A stretch of 64,000 nt of DNA from Deltaproteobacteria bacterium (GTDB taxonomy: Bacteria > Desulfobacterota > GWC2-55-46), in assembly GCA_016212705.1 (NCBI GenBank), contig JACREU010000002.1, positions 1,835-65,834 of the forward strand, in the 5' to 3' direction. Shown one piece after another: positions 37,385 to 47,125 of the stretch. The translations under genes and the position numbers were made by a program. A model generated the notes under the pieces. It was not told the DNA's origin, made no database searches, and worked only from the letters and a program-made list of their open reading frames with translations. Every line of letters starts with the position of its first letter. The stretch's first letter is position 1.

Positions 37385-38239
37385 ATGAGCACTAAAAGGG
37401 AAGAACTCTTAAGCAGGATATACGAGATCATAAAGATTTCGACTATCCCCTCAATTTTAAAGAAGATTATCGAGGTAACCGAGGACTCAAACTCCTCAGT
37501 ATGCGAGCTTGAGCGCGTGATCGAGCACGACCAGTCGATAGCCGCGAGGGTAGTCGGGATATCTAACTCCGTATACTACGGGTTCCCGAGGAAGATAAAC
37601 TCCATATCCCAGGCGATACTCGTACTCGGCTTTGAGATGGTAAAGGGGCTCGCGATATCGACCGCGGTCTTCGACGTCTTTGACAAGGGAAAGCGCCCTG
37701 ACATAGTATCCCTCTGGCGGCACTCATTCGAAGTGGCTATGGGCTCGGTCCTCCTCGCCGAAAAGTCCGGTGGCGTAGCCAAAGACAGTGCGTTTTTAGC
37801 CGGGCTCCTTCACGATATAGGAAGGCCGATTCTCTATCAGATATTCGGAAGACAGTACCTGGATGTAATAGGGTGCGACGCGATGGGGCTACTGTCAATT
37901 GAGGAGGAGACTTTCGGCGCCGCGCACCCGGAGGCCGGCTCCTGGTTCGCCGACAGGTGCAAACTACCCGAGAGTTGCGTTAATTCGATAAGGTTCCACC
38001 ACAACCCGGAGCTCTACCTCTCGACAGTAAAGACAGGGAAGCCTTCACCCCTCGTGCCGATGGTATATCTCGCGGACCTGATAATATCGGAAGGCAACGA
38101 CTGTTCGGGGAAATGCACGATCATATCACCGAGACACTCGGATATAATGAAGGCCGCCTGCGTGGACAATATGGTCCTCCATGAAGTGGCTGAAACGGTC
38201 AAAAAGATGAGCGCACAGCTCGATGGTTACTTCAATTAA
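37385..38239 (+). CDS. HDOD-domain protein
   Basis: ISTIP, IEHDQSIAARVVGISNSVYYG, SISQAILVLG, LWRHS, AGLLHDIG and IRFHH. Confidence 0.93.
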   Translation: MSTKREELLSRIYEIIKISTIPSILKKIIEVTEDSNSSVCELERVIEHDQSIAARVVGISNSVYYGFPRKINSISQAILVLGFEMVKGLAISTAVFDVFDKGKRPDIVSLWRHSFEVAMGSVLLAEKSGGVAKDSAFLAGLLHDIGRPILYQIFGRQYLDVIGCDAMGLLSIEEETFGAAHPEAGSWFADRCKLPESCVNSIRFHHNPELYLSTVKTGKPSPLVPMVYLADLIISEGNDCSGKCTIISPRHSDIMKAACVDNMVLHEVAETVKKMSAQLDGYFN

Positions 38240-38257
38240 AGTTGCTTTAGCCCCCCC

Positions 38258-38491
38258 CTACTCCATTATCACGTTCGTAAGCGTCCTCTTCACATGGTTC
38301 ACCGCCTGTATCCTGCTTATAACGACGTCCCCCAGTATCTTGAAGTTTGAGGCCTGAACAAGGGCTATGAGGTCGTAGGGGCCCGTGACGATCCTCGCGT
38401 TCTCTACGCCGGCTATCTTCAGGAGGTGCTCAAGGACCTCCTTTGACTTTGCGTGCTCGCACTCTATGAAGACATAGGCCTCGACTGACAT
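38258..38491 (-). CDS. Stand-alone Lrp/AsnC ligand-binding (RAM) domain protein
   Basis: AYVFI, VTGPYDLIA and VKRTLT; no HTH; GGAGG RBS. Confidence 0.9.
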   Translation of the reverse strand: MSVEAYVFIECEHAKSKEVLEHLLKIAGVENARIVTGPYDLIALVQASNFKILGDVVISRIQAVNHVKRTLTNVIME

Positions 38492-38603
38492 GACACCTCC
38501 ATTATAATTACTATTAAGTTAGCCATATAACAAGCAGATTTTATTGAATTTTTTCGCCTCGCCAAGCCTGTTGCCATGTATCGCACCAAAAATCATTTCT
38601 CCA

Positions 38604-39146
38604 CTATCCTCCCCTCAGCGAACCCCTGTCAAGGTCCTCCTCAGGGACCCTCTTATGAAAGATGTTCTGATGGCAGTCTATGCAGGTCTTCTTGCCTTCC
38701 TTCATCTCCTCGTGGAAGGGCCGGGCCCAATCGTTTCTCGGGACCGGGTTCCTGTGGCAGGTCCTGCATGGAGAGCTGTCCCATTTTTTGAGCCTGACCC
38801 TAGCCTTGTGCGCGAACCCGGCCCTGTATCGGTCGAACTCCTCCTCGCTTTTAATATTATACCGGACCTCGTTCACGACGTCCTTTACGCCGTCGATGGC
38901 GTGGGTAGCCGCCCTCTCAAAAAAACCTGGCGGCAGGTGGCAGTCCCCGCACTCCGGCGCGAAACCGAGCGGGCCGAAGTGCGATGAGGCCCGTAGCTCT
39001 CTTTCCGGATAGGTCATGGAATGGCAAGAAACGCAGAATTTTGTCGAGCTGAAATACCCCTCGGTCCCCGCGTAAAGCCATGAGAGGACGAGGAGCAGGA
39101 GGGGCGCAAATATCAATATGTTTCTGGCGTATCTGGGAGGGGGCAT
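38604..39146 (-). CDS. NapC/NirT-family membrane-anchored tetraheme cytochrome c
   Basis: N-terminal TM; four CxxCH motifs (CVSCH, CGDCH, CRTCH, CIDCH) with FCVSCHSM and DCHLP signatures. Confidence 0.92.
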   Translation of the reverse strand: MPPPRYARNILIFAPLLLLVLSWLYAGTEGYFSSTKFCVSCHSMTYPERELRASSHFGPLGFAPECGDCHLPPGFFERAATHAIDGVKDVVNEVRYNIKSEEEFDRYRAGFAHKARVRLKKWDSSPCRTCHRNPVPRNDWARPFHEEMKEGKKTCIDCHQNIFHKRVPEEDLDRGSLRGG

Positions 39147-39276
39147 TTTTATAATTGAGCTGGAAGATAAAAGCAAGAATGAAATCCACTCAATTTATAT
39201 CAGAAAAACCGATTATTAACAAGGAGGGCGCCTTCTACTAAGAAGTGGTTATACAGAGGCTGAACAACCACCCTTC

Positions 39277-39316
39277 AAAAGAAAAAGGGTTACAGGCCTA
39301 AGGCCCGTAACCCTTT
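39277..39316 (-). terminator. Intrinsic terminator after the tRNA
   Basis: AAAGGGTTACGGGC/GCCTGTAACCCTTT stem followed by a T-rich tail on the minus strand. Confidence 0.85.
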
Positions 39317-39324
39317 GATTTTAC

Positions 39325-39401
39325 TGGTGCCCCCGAGACGATTCGAACGTCCGACAAACAGATTAGGAATCTGCTGCTCTATCCATCTGAGCTACGGGGG
39401 C
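39325..39401 (-). tRNA. tRNA-Arg (anticodon CCT)
   Basis: GCCCCCGTAGCTCAGATGGATAGAGCAGCAGATT-CCT-AATCTGTTTGTCGGACGTTCGAATCGTCTCGGGGGCACCA: 77 nt, full cloverleaf, encoded CCA. Confidence 0.97.
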
Positions 39402-39555
39402 TTTATGTAAAATTTTCATGTGGTTAGAGCGGGGTGGCTGGCTCCTCCAGGTTAAATCCGCGCCTCCACTCAGTCCACACAAGTCAGTTATATTCTCAAA
39501 ATAAGGTTTTGATGTCAATATTTTTTTGTTCCACATATGCAGGCGCTTCGGTTCC

Positions 39556-41148
39556 TCAGAAGATAGAAGAGACCTCTATGCCAATAACGGCGCCGTCTCC
39601 CTCTTCCCCGCCGGTAACGCCCGCGACACCCTTAACCGACAGGCCGCCGAATGACCGCGTTATGTCGGCGCCGAGCCATCTTGAGGTCTCTGGGTCCTCC
39701 CCATGAACGCCGGAGCGCTCGTAGTCGAACTCAATGCCGTAGCTCACGCCATCTGAAGCGCGATACTCGGCCCTTGCAAAGAGGTCGCGCGCGTCCGCGC
39801 CCATGTGGTGGCCGATCTCTCTCCCCTTATACCTGTATCCGGTATAATATACCCCGTGCTCGTACCAGAGCGGGCCGTACCTTTCGCTGTGCGCCGTGTC
39901 GGCCCACTCCACCCTAAGGTCGAGGCTGTCGATTGCGATGCCCTTGAAAAACACCCCGAGTAGCGACGCCTGCCCGGTAGGCGTCTTTGTGTCACCCGAG
40001 GAGTCCTCGAAACCCCATTCGGTATAGAGCTTCATGGAGGCGAAGGGGAGGTATTTTATTTTGTTCAGATATATGAGAGAGGCGTCGATGGAGGCGAGCT
40101 GGTTTCCGTTAATGGGCGAATCCCCGTGGTCGACGCTGTCGGAGACGATGAAGACCTGTCCCCATTCGCTTAAGCTCAGGCCTCTTCTGCCGTCGCCTCC
40201 AAACATAAACACCCTGCTGAACCCGAGCTGAAAGGCCGGCGCGGGCCGTAAGTCCAGCCTCATGCCGAGGAGGGAGGCGCGTGGATAATCCCTTTCCTCT
40301 TCGAGGCGGGCGAGGAAGACGGTGGGTTTTATGAGGCCGATGCGTTTTAAGACCCAGGGGAGGATGAATGGACGGCTTGACGTTATTTTTACGGACTCGA
40401 AAGGCTCCGCGTTGTCGCTCATAATGAGCGAGCCGTGAAAGGAGGCCCCCCACCACATCGGGTCCCTCCCTGCCACTACTTCGATATTATACAGGCTTCC
40501 GACGATATAGACAGACCTTGCCTCAACAGCGGATGAATCATCCGAGAGCCTGTACTCAGGGGAGAGATTGAATGACAGATAATCAGAGCCGGCCATGAGG
40601 TCGACTCCTGCCCTCGCGTTGGAGCCTTCCTTAAATGTGTCGCCGCCCCTTGCCATATCCGGCGTGACAAGGGCGCCGCTGGAGAGGTAGTAATACTTCA
40701 CATACGGGTTTGCGATAGGTTTAACTGACAGGGAGTCTTTACGCGGCATAAGGTTTTCAAGCGCCCTCTCTATCCTCGATATGGCAACAGAGGCGGGCCC
40801 AAGCCGCGCCCGTTCAGTCGCATCGAGCCTGTCCCACCTGGACTTCGCCTCAATGGTGAGACGCGCGGCCTCTTTATAGGTGAACGGCTTTGAAGCAAGG
40901 AATGCGGTCGTTACGAGCCCGTATGATTCAAGCGTCTCAATATCACTGTATGCCTGGTTGCCAATCGGGATGTTTATATGGCCCATGCCCGCTACGCAAA
41001 TGCGTGAGGCAAGGAGGACGATAAGCAGGGCGAGGGGCGCAAAAATTGCGTTTCTTTTTATTTTAATATCAATTCCGCTCCCACTCCTCGTCCCCTTCAC
41101 CGGGTCATATCTTAAAGATCGCACGCGGTAGTTATCCTTCCATATCAT
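39556..41148 (-). CDS. wzi: Capsule assembly Wzi-family outer-membrane protein (start uncertain, 41100-41214)
   Basis: GRDPMWWGASFHGSLIMSDNAEP, MFGGDGR, GNQLASID, IGHHMG and a terminal Phe. Confidence 0.88.
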   Translation of the reverse strand: MIWKDNYRVRSLRYDPVKGTRSGSGIDIKIKRNAIFAPLALLIVLLASRICVAGMGHINIPIGNQAYSDIETLESYGLVTTAFLASKPFTYKEAARLTIEAKSRWDRLDATERARLGPASVAISRIERALENLMPRKDSLSVKPIANPYVKYYYLSSGALVTPDMARGGDTFKEGSNARAGVDLMAGSDYLSFNLSPEYRLSDDSSAVEARSVYIVGSLYNIEVVAGRDPMWWGASFHGSLIMSDNAEPFESVKITSSRPFILPWVLKRIGLIKPTVFLARLEEERDYPRASLLGMRLDLRPAPAFQLGFSRVFMFGGDGRRGLSLSEWGQVFIVSDSVDHGDSPINGNQLASIDASLIYLNKIKYLPFASMKLYTEWGFEDSSGDTKTPTGQASLLGVFFKGIAIDSLDLRVEWADTAHSERYGPLWYEHGVYYTGYRYKGREIGHHMGADARDLFARAEYRASDGVSYGIEFDYERSGVHGEDPETSRWLGADITRSFGGLSVKGVAGVTGGEEGDGAVIGIEVSSIF

Positions 41149-41214
41149 ACCCCGTTGCCTCCCAACCTCCATCCTCCACACCCTTACTCGCTCGCCCCAC
41201 TCCCCCCCCCGCAA

Positions 41215-43932
41215 TCAGAAGGCGACTATGATGACTCCGGCGGTTACGGCTATCTGGTAGAGTATCTGCGTAAGGTCTTTGATCTCGCTCATCCAGGCTA
41301 CGCGTTCTATCTCCTCCGGCACTACAATGGTATCGCCGGGATCAAGCCGGGACGTGAAAGAGAGCGCGTCCCATGCGTGGGACGCGGAGTTCCACTCGAA
41401 GTCGAATGACCCGATGGACGGCGTAACAGAAGAGCCGTCGGCCTTTATCACATAGAGTCTGTCCATGTCGGCGGTCCGGGACGCTCCGCCTGCCCTTCCG
41501 ATGTATTCGGTTATCCCGTTGCCGGGCTCGTAGACGAAAGAGGCCGGGTTGACTACTGAGCCGGAGACGTTCACGACAGCGGACCTCTCGGGGACGTAGA
41601 GGGTGTCGAGGGATTCGAGCGCGAGGTCGTGGGGAGAGCCTTTAAGCCTCTCAATGGAAGCGAGTTTCACAACCACCCTGCCCCTTGGTTTAGCGTCTCT
41701 TATTAAATTGACGAAGGCCCTTTTCTTTTCGGTCGCAAGGTCATTTTGCATTGAGGTCTCGGCTGAGAGCGATTTTTCGGCCTTGGAAGCGGAACTCGAT
41801 AAGAGCTCAGCCTCAAGCCTGCGCGTGTATTCATCGAGCCTTTCCTGCTGAACGGCCCTTACCGACTCTCGCGTGAAGACCGCGCCTAACAGGTACGCCT
41901 TTTCAGTGAAGCCGCCGGCCCTCTCTATGACCGAGCTGAGAGGCTCGCCCTTGTTTATGGGGTACTTTCCAGGGAACCTGACCTCGCCGGAGACCGTAAC
42001 GGACCTGTCAGCGCCCCAGTCAGGTATCTTTTTGACGAAGAGGCTGTCAAAAGGCGACAGAGACGCGTTATCTGGACCATTGGAGAGTATATCCTTCAGG
42101 CTCACCTTTCTGACGCTTATCGCAGAGACCTCCCCTTTTACGACTACGTGGGAGGTGATCTCGGCCTCATCCAGGTAGGCCGACCCGAGGAGACCGCCTC
42201 CGGCGAAGACGAGGTCGCTTATCTTCATGTTGACCGCGTACTGGTACTTTCCGGGGTTCGTGACCTCGCCGTTTATCGTCGCGTAAGGCTTAAACTGCGT
42301 CTCCCATACCGAATGCACTACTACCCTGTCGGAGACTGCGAGCCTCAAATTATCGGACGCCTCCCCTGCAAGCGCCTTCGAGAGGTTGAACTTGAGGAGC
42401 CTGACGTCTTTCGTGTCCCTGTCAGTCCTGTAGAGCTCGGCGTCTTTAAGAAAGGCGTTCCCGGTCAGGTCTCCGGCCTTTTTCACAAGGTCTTTGACAG
42501 TGAGGTTCTCCTCAAGGTCGAACGTCCCCGGCCTTCTTACCTCTCCCGCGATAGTGACGCGCGGCCTTTCCATGAACTCCCACCTGGGGTATACGACGAT
42601 TGTGTCTCTCGGCTTTAGCGCGATATCGGCTTCGCCCGACCCCTTGAAAAGCTCCCTTAGGCTGAACGGCAGGAGGGCTGTCTCGCCGCCCGGGCTGACA
42701 GGCCTTTTTACGACGCCGTAGTCGAGGTAGGTCTCATCGAGGAGGTCTGATATATCCTTAATGACGTCCTTAAGCGTCATCGAGGGTTTGAGCTCGTACT
42801 TGCCCGGACGCTTGAGACTGCCCTCTGCGTAGACGGCGTTCGTATCCATCTCGACAATGGAAAGGACCTTGACGAGGTCCGCGTCCTGGAGCTTGAAATT
42901 AAATTGACGGCCCTCCGAGGCGTTGACGTCCACGACGACCCTCCGGACGTTCCCCTCGACCCTCTCGACCTGCACCTTCTGCGTGTACGCCGTGGGGATT
43001 ATGCCGCCTGAGAGCTCAATGAGCGTTTCAAGGTCCGCCTTTTCACCAAGCTCGTAGACGGACGGCCTCCTGACGTTGCCGGCGATGGCCGCGAGCGGCC
43101 CGACAGTCGGCACGAAAACGACGTCGCCGTTTGAGAGCCTCGAATCCCTCGACCTGTCGCCGGAGAGAAGGAGGTCGTAAAAGTCCATCCGCGCGACCGT
43201 CTTTCCGCCGCGCTTGAGCTCGGTCTTTCTTAGCGACCCTATCTCAGTAGGCCCGCCTGAAGCGAGGAGCGCGTTAGTGATCGTCGACATGGCGCTCAAC
43301 GAATAAGCGCCGGGCTTTTTGACCTCGCCAAGCACAAATACCTGTATGGAGCGGAGCCTCCCGGCCGTTATGCTTATGTCAGTCCCGATGATATTCGCTG
43401 ACTGCCTCGACAAAAACCTTTTCATCTCGTCGAACGTCATTCCGGCGACGCTAAGAGGCCCTATATTGGGGAAGAGAATCGTCCCCTCACGCGTGACGGT
43501 CAGCGTGTGCTCTCCGTTGACCCTACCCCAGAGGAGGACCGTTATCTCGTCGCCAGGGCCGATTATGTAGTCTGATGAGACAGGGAGGTCCGCGGGCGGG
43601 GTTAGCGTCGGGCCGCTGAAGAGGTCGTAGCCGAAAGGTTTGAGCGTTATCGCCGGCTCAGCAGGTGACGAGGCCGAAAGATATCTCTCGAAGAGAGAGA
43701 CCGTGGCGCTCGCTGGAGGCGGCGCAGATATTGCGGGCGACGCCTTTGCCTCATTTGGCGAGCCCGCCTTTGCCACGGCCTCTCTGCCCACGGGTACGCA
43801 CCCTGCCCTTGCCAATATCTCAAGCGGAGCGCCGCCTGCCTTGAGCGCGTCGCACTTGTCATCGGCGATAGAGCGGCTGTTCAGTATAAAAACGCCTGTC
43901 AGAATGAGAATAACCCTTAATATCACTTGCAT
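41215..43932 (-). CDS. Polysaccharide export protein with multiple SLBB domains (Wza/KpsD/OtnA-like)
   Basis: PFGYDLF, YIIGPGD, repeated GEVxxPGxY SLBB units, and C-terminal LTQILYQIAV helix. Confidence 0.92.
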   Translation of the reverse strand: MQVILRVILILTGVFILNSRSIADDKCDALKAGGAPLEILARAGCVPVGREAVAKAGSPNEAKASPAISAPPPASATVSLFERYLSASSPAEPAITLKPFGYDLFSGPTLTPPADLPVSSDYIIGPGDEITVLLWGRVNGEHTLTVTREGTILFPNIGPLSVAGMTFDEMKRFLSRQSANIIGTDISITAGRLRSIQVFVLGEVKKPGAYSLSAMSTITNALLASGGPTEIGSLRKTELKRGGKTVARMDFYDLLLSGDRSRDSRLSNGDVVFVPTVGPLAAIAGNVRRPSVYELGEKADLETLIELSGGIIPTAYTQKVQVERVEGNVRRVVVDVNASEGRQFNFKLQDADLVKVLSIVEMDTNAVYAEGSLKRPGKYELKPSMTLKDVIKDISDLLDETYLDYGVVKRPVSPGGETALLPFSLRELFKGSGEADIALKPRDTIVVYPRWEFMERPRVTIAGEVRRPGTFDLEENLTVKDLVKKAGDLTGNAFLKDAELYRTDRDTKDVRLLKFNLSKALAGEASDNLRLAVSDRVVVHSVWETQFKPYATINGEVTNPGKYQYAVNMKISDLVFAGGGLLGSAYLDEAEITSHVVVKGEVSAISVRKVSLKDILSNGPDNASLSPFDSLFVKKIPDWGADRSVTVSGEVRFPGKYPINKGEPLSSVIERAGGFTEKAYLLGAVFTRESVRAVQQERLDEYTRRLEAELLSSSASKAEKSLSAETSMQNDLATEKKRAFVNLIRDAKPRGRVVVKLASIERLKGSPHDLALESLDTLYVPERSAVVNVSGSVVNPASFVYEPGNGITEYIGRAGGASRTADMDRLYVIKADGSSVTPSIGSFDFEWNSASHAWDALSFTSRLDPGDTIVVPEEIERVAWMSEIKDLTQILYQIAVTAGVIIVAF

Positions 43933-44002
43933 GTAGCGCTTCCCCCTTGTGCCCTCTCGCGGGTGACGTTGCGTTCGGCCTTTTTTGTTCTTGTTTACGC
44001 CC

Positions 44003-44998
44003 TCAGTCGCTCCCGGTCTCCTCGTCAACGGCTAATTCCGGGACTGACCCGTCCCCTTCCACCGCCTTTTGACTCGCCATAAGAAGCGAGACGAACTCAA
44101 GGACAAACGCCGCCAATACTCCGGCGAGGAGCGATAAGGCCGCGCCGGCCTCCACGATACGCGCCTTTCCCGGCCTCACGCGCCTGTCCGGGACCCTTGG
44201 AGGGTCTATGACCTTGAAGGCGAAGTTCTCCTTGACCTCGGACATCATGTAGACTTCTATCTGCTGTGCAATGAGGTTATATATCTTTTGCCTGATAAAC
44301 GGATCGTTCGCGGCCCCAAGCTGTTCGACGAGGTAGCGCTTGTTCGTCTGGGCGACCCGCTTCGCCTCGCCCGACATGTGCAGATTGAGGGTGGAGAGCA
44401 GTAGCTCTATAACCCTTGAGGCAAAGGCCGGGTCCCGGTGCTCGGCGTATATGGCGATCGTGTTGTCTTTGGCGCTCGCCGATACCGTTACGATGTTATC
44501 GAGCTCGCGGAGCCCGTCCCATAGCGAAGGGCCTCTGTTACTTCCGCCTGAGGCCTCAGCCGGGCCGGCTATGAAAAGCCGTTTCATCCGCCCGGTCAAT
44601 CCGTTGTCTGGCGCTTGCTTCCAGCCTTTCATCTCGGCGTCCCAGTTATCGCTGAATAGGAGAGGTAGGAGGTTATGCGTCTCTATGACCTTTTCTCTCA
44701 GTATGTTTGAGTTGAGGAGGCCTATTATCTCGGAAGACGGGCGGGACGCCGGAAAAGTTATGCCCGATATCCCGCCAAGTTGCTGTGCGACCATCGACAT
44801 CTCCGAGCCGCCAGTCTCCCTGCCGGCCACCGGGGTTATTACGGCGGAGGCCCTGTAAATGTCGGTCATGAAAAAGGTGCCGGTTGCCGCTGATATCGTC
44901 CCTGCCGCGAAGAATAGCGCCGCGTACATCCGCCACTTCCAGATTATCAGCAGGTAAGCCATGACCCCCGCCTCTTTTTGCGTACTCGTCGCGCTCAT
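44003..44998 (-). CDS. Wzz-like polysaccharide co-polymerase
   Basis: Two TM segments, YRASAVITP, and VIDPPRVPDRRVRP before TM2. Confidence 0.88.
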   Translation of the reverse strand: MSATSTQKEAGVMAYLLIIWKWRMYAALFFAAGTISAATGTFFMTDIYRASAVITPVAGRETGGSEMSMVAQQLGGISGITFPASRPSSEIIGLLNSNILREKVIETHNLLPLLFSDNWDAEMKGWKQAPDNGLTGRMKRLFIAGPAEASGGSNRGPSLWDGLRELDNIVTVSASAKDNTIAIYAEHRDPAFASRVIELLLSTLNLHMSGEAKRVAQTNKRYLVEQLGAANDPFIRQKIYNLIAQQIEVYMMSEVKENFAFKVIDPPRVPDRRVRPGKARIVEAGAALSLLAGVLAAFVLEFVSLLMASQKAVEGDGSVPELAVDEETGSD

Positions 44999-47022
44999 GC
45001 GAGGGCTTCCTTTTCCTGCACCATGACTGACGGCCTTTCCTCTTCCCTCGTCTCTCTTGGAGCAACGGCCGCTATCTCCAAGCGCGGCTCTTCGAAGTGC
45101 CTTACGTACTTTTTCAAAAGGTCTTTTACGGCCTCTGGCTTCGGGCGCGCGTGGATAAGCGCGTCGAACTCGCCCAATATTATCCTGATCTCCTCAACCG
45201 TGAACCTGTCGCTGTTCTTCGCGACGAAAATCTGCCTGTGGAGGCTCGCGGTGGTGCCCTCCTCGGCCGTGAGTATCTCCTCGAAGAGTTTCTCTCCCGG
45301 CCTCGGGTCAATGAACTCGATGTCTATGTCCTTGTGCGGCACAAGACCGTTTATGCGAATGAGCTCCTCGGCAAGGTCGACGATCCTGACAGGCTCGCCC
45401 ATGTCGAGGACGAGGACCTCTCCGCCCCTGCCTATGACCGACGCCTGGAGGACGAGCGAGACGGCCTCGGGTATGGTCATGAAGTATCTCTTCATCTCTC
45501 GGTGAGTTACAGTGAGCGGGCCCCCGTTCTTAAGCTGTTCCATGAAGAGCGGCAGGACGCTACCGCGGCTACCGAGGACGTTGCCGAACCTTACCGAGAC
45601 GAACTCGGTCCCTCCGGCGGAATTCATGGCCCTGCAGACGTTCTCGGACATCCGTTTTGTAGCGCCCATGACGCTTGTGGGCATCACGGCCTTATCAGTG
45701 GATATCATGACGAATTTTTGCGCACCGCTCGAAACCGCGGCGTGCGCCACCGCGTGCGCGCCGAATATGTTCACCTTTACCGCCTCCGTCGGGTTATGCT
45801 CCATCATCGGAACGTGCTTGTAGGCGGCGGCGTGGAAGACTATGTCGGGCCTGACTGAGTCAAAGACCTCGTTTACTCTTTGCGAGTCCCTTATGTCCGC
45901 GACTATGAACGAGACCTTTTCGCGGCCTCTCGAAGCGTCCTTGCTGAAATGCCGCGGGAACATGCGCTTCAACCTCATCTCCATGTTATGCAGTTCGGTT
46001 TCGTCTATGTCGAGGAGCGCTACCCTTCCCGGAGCGGACGAGAGGACCTGCACGGTTATTTCCGACCCGATAGAGCCGCCGGCTCCGGTTATGAGGATGT
46101 TCTTGCCCTTGAGGAACTCGTTTATCGAGGCGTAATCGACCTCGACCGATTGTCTGCCGATCAAATCCTCTATGCGGATCGATTCGAGGTTTTTAAGGTT
46201 CACCTCGGGGCTTGTAAAGTCGTATATGCGCGGCACTATCTTGATAGTCTTGACCCCGGCCTCCGTAGCCGCGGTATAGATGGCGCGGAGCACCTTCTGG
46301 TTGAGCGACGGGATGGCTATTATCACCGCCTCTATACCCTTCCGGAGCACCATCGGCTTAAGCGTGTCGATGGCCCCCAGGACCTTTACGCCGTGCATGT
46401 ATGTGCCGGTCTTGTTCTTGTCGTCGTCGAGGAGCCCTATGGGGTTGAAGCCCGCGAAACCCTGCCGCGACATGTCTCTTATTATCATTTCACCCGCGTT
46501 TCCAGCGCCGACTACGATTGTTCTAATGCCGCCCCCGGTGGCCTTGTTTTTCTTGAAGACCTCGAGATAAAGCCTCTTGGATATCCGGAGCAGGAAGAGG
46601 AGTATGAGCGTGTTGGCGGCGTCTATGATAAAGACCGACCTCGGGAACCCGTAGAGGCGGACCCCGGCTACGCTGAGCACCGACAGTACGCCATCTCCCG
46701 GCGTCGGAAGGTACACGAAGAGGACGAGGACGGCCTCCGAGACTATGATAGCGCCTGTCATGTTAACGAGGTCCTTAAGCCCGACGTACTTCCAGGTGAC
46801 CCTGCAGAGGTTGAACGTAGTGAATACGGCGAGCTTTATCGTGATGAAAAGCGGGAGCACTCCGTATATGAGCGCCTTCTGTGACTCAAGGAGGTTGAGA
46901 TCGAACCTCAGGAGGAACGAGATGTACAGGGACGCCGAGATCACGAGGATGTCCGAGATGAAGAAGAACGCGTACCTCTTGAAATAGGTAGGGTACATGA
47001 GCTTTGATATAAATCCGTTCAT
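44995..47022 (-). CDS. CapD/WbpM/PglF-type membrane-bound nucleotide-sugar 4,6-dehydratase
   Basis: Four TM segments, VGAGNAG, TGAGGSIGSE, HAAAYKHVP, STDKAV, MGATKR and RFGNVLGSRGSV. Confidence 0.95.
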   Translation of the reverse strand: MNGFISKLMYPTYFKRYAFFFISDILVISASLYISFLLRFDLNLLESQKALIYGVLPLFITIKLAVFTTFNLCRVTWKYVGLKDLVNMTGAIIVSEAVLVLFVYLPTPGDGVLSVLSVAGVRLYGFPRSVFIIDAANTLILLFLLRISKRLYLEVFKKNKATGGGIRTIVVGAGNAGEMIIRDMSRQGFAGFNPIGLLDDDKNKTGTYMHGVKVLGAIDTLKPMVLRKGIEAVIIAIPSLNQKVLRAIYTAATEAGVKTIKIVPRIYDFTSPEVNLKNLESIRIEDLIGRQSVEVDYASINEFLKGKNILITGAGGSIGSEITVQVLSSAPGRVALLDIDETELHNMEMRLKRMFPRHFSKDASRGREKVSFIVADIRDSQRVNEVFDSVRPDIVFHAAAYKHVPMMEHNPTEAVKVNIFGAHAVAHAAVSSGAQKFVMISTDKAVMPTSVMGATKRMSENVCRAMNSAGGTEFVSVRFGNVLGSRGSVLPLFMEQLKNGGPLTVTHREMKRYFMTIPEAVSLVLQASVIGRGGEVLVLDMGEPVRIVDLAEELIRINGLVPHKDIDIEFIDPRPGEKLFEEILTAEEGTTASLHRQIFVAKNSDRFTVEEIRIILGEFDALIHARPKPEAVKDLLKKYVRHFEEPRLEIAAVAPRETREEERPSVMVQEKEALA

Positions 47023-47125
47023 ACTCTCCCGTTCCGTGTTTTTTTGTCCGGGTGAGCTTGCAAGAAGAGGTCGAGGGGCGCCATGTCATGGTGTCGTCCG
47101 TTGTCTGTTCAGCGCGGCGTTTAAG

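Noticed and set aside
39325-39401. tRNA-Arg as the attachment site of an island containing the polysaccharide locus
   Set aside because: No duplicated tRNA 3' end or integrase was seen, and the locus lies on the 5' side of the tRNA.
39421-39465. SAM-II riboswitch (GCGCGGATTTAACC on -) or tRNA remnant (TGGTTAGAGC...GGTTAAATCC on +)
   Set aside because: The SAM-II 3' pairing and pseudoknot are absent, and the spacing is too short for a cloverleaf; kept only as an unclassified structure.
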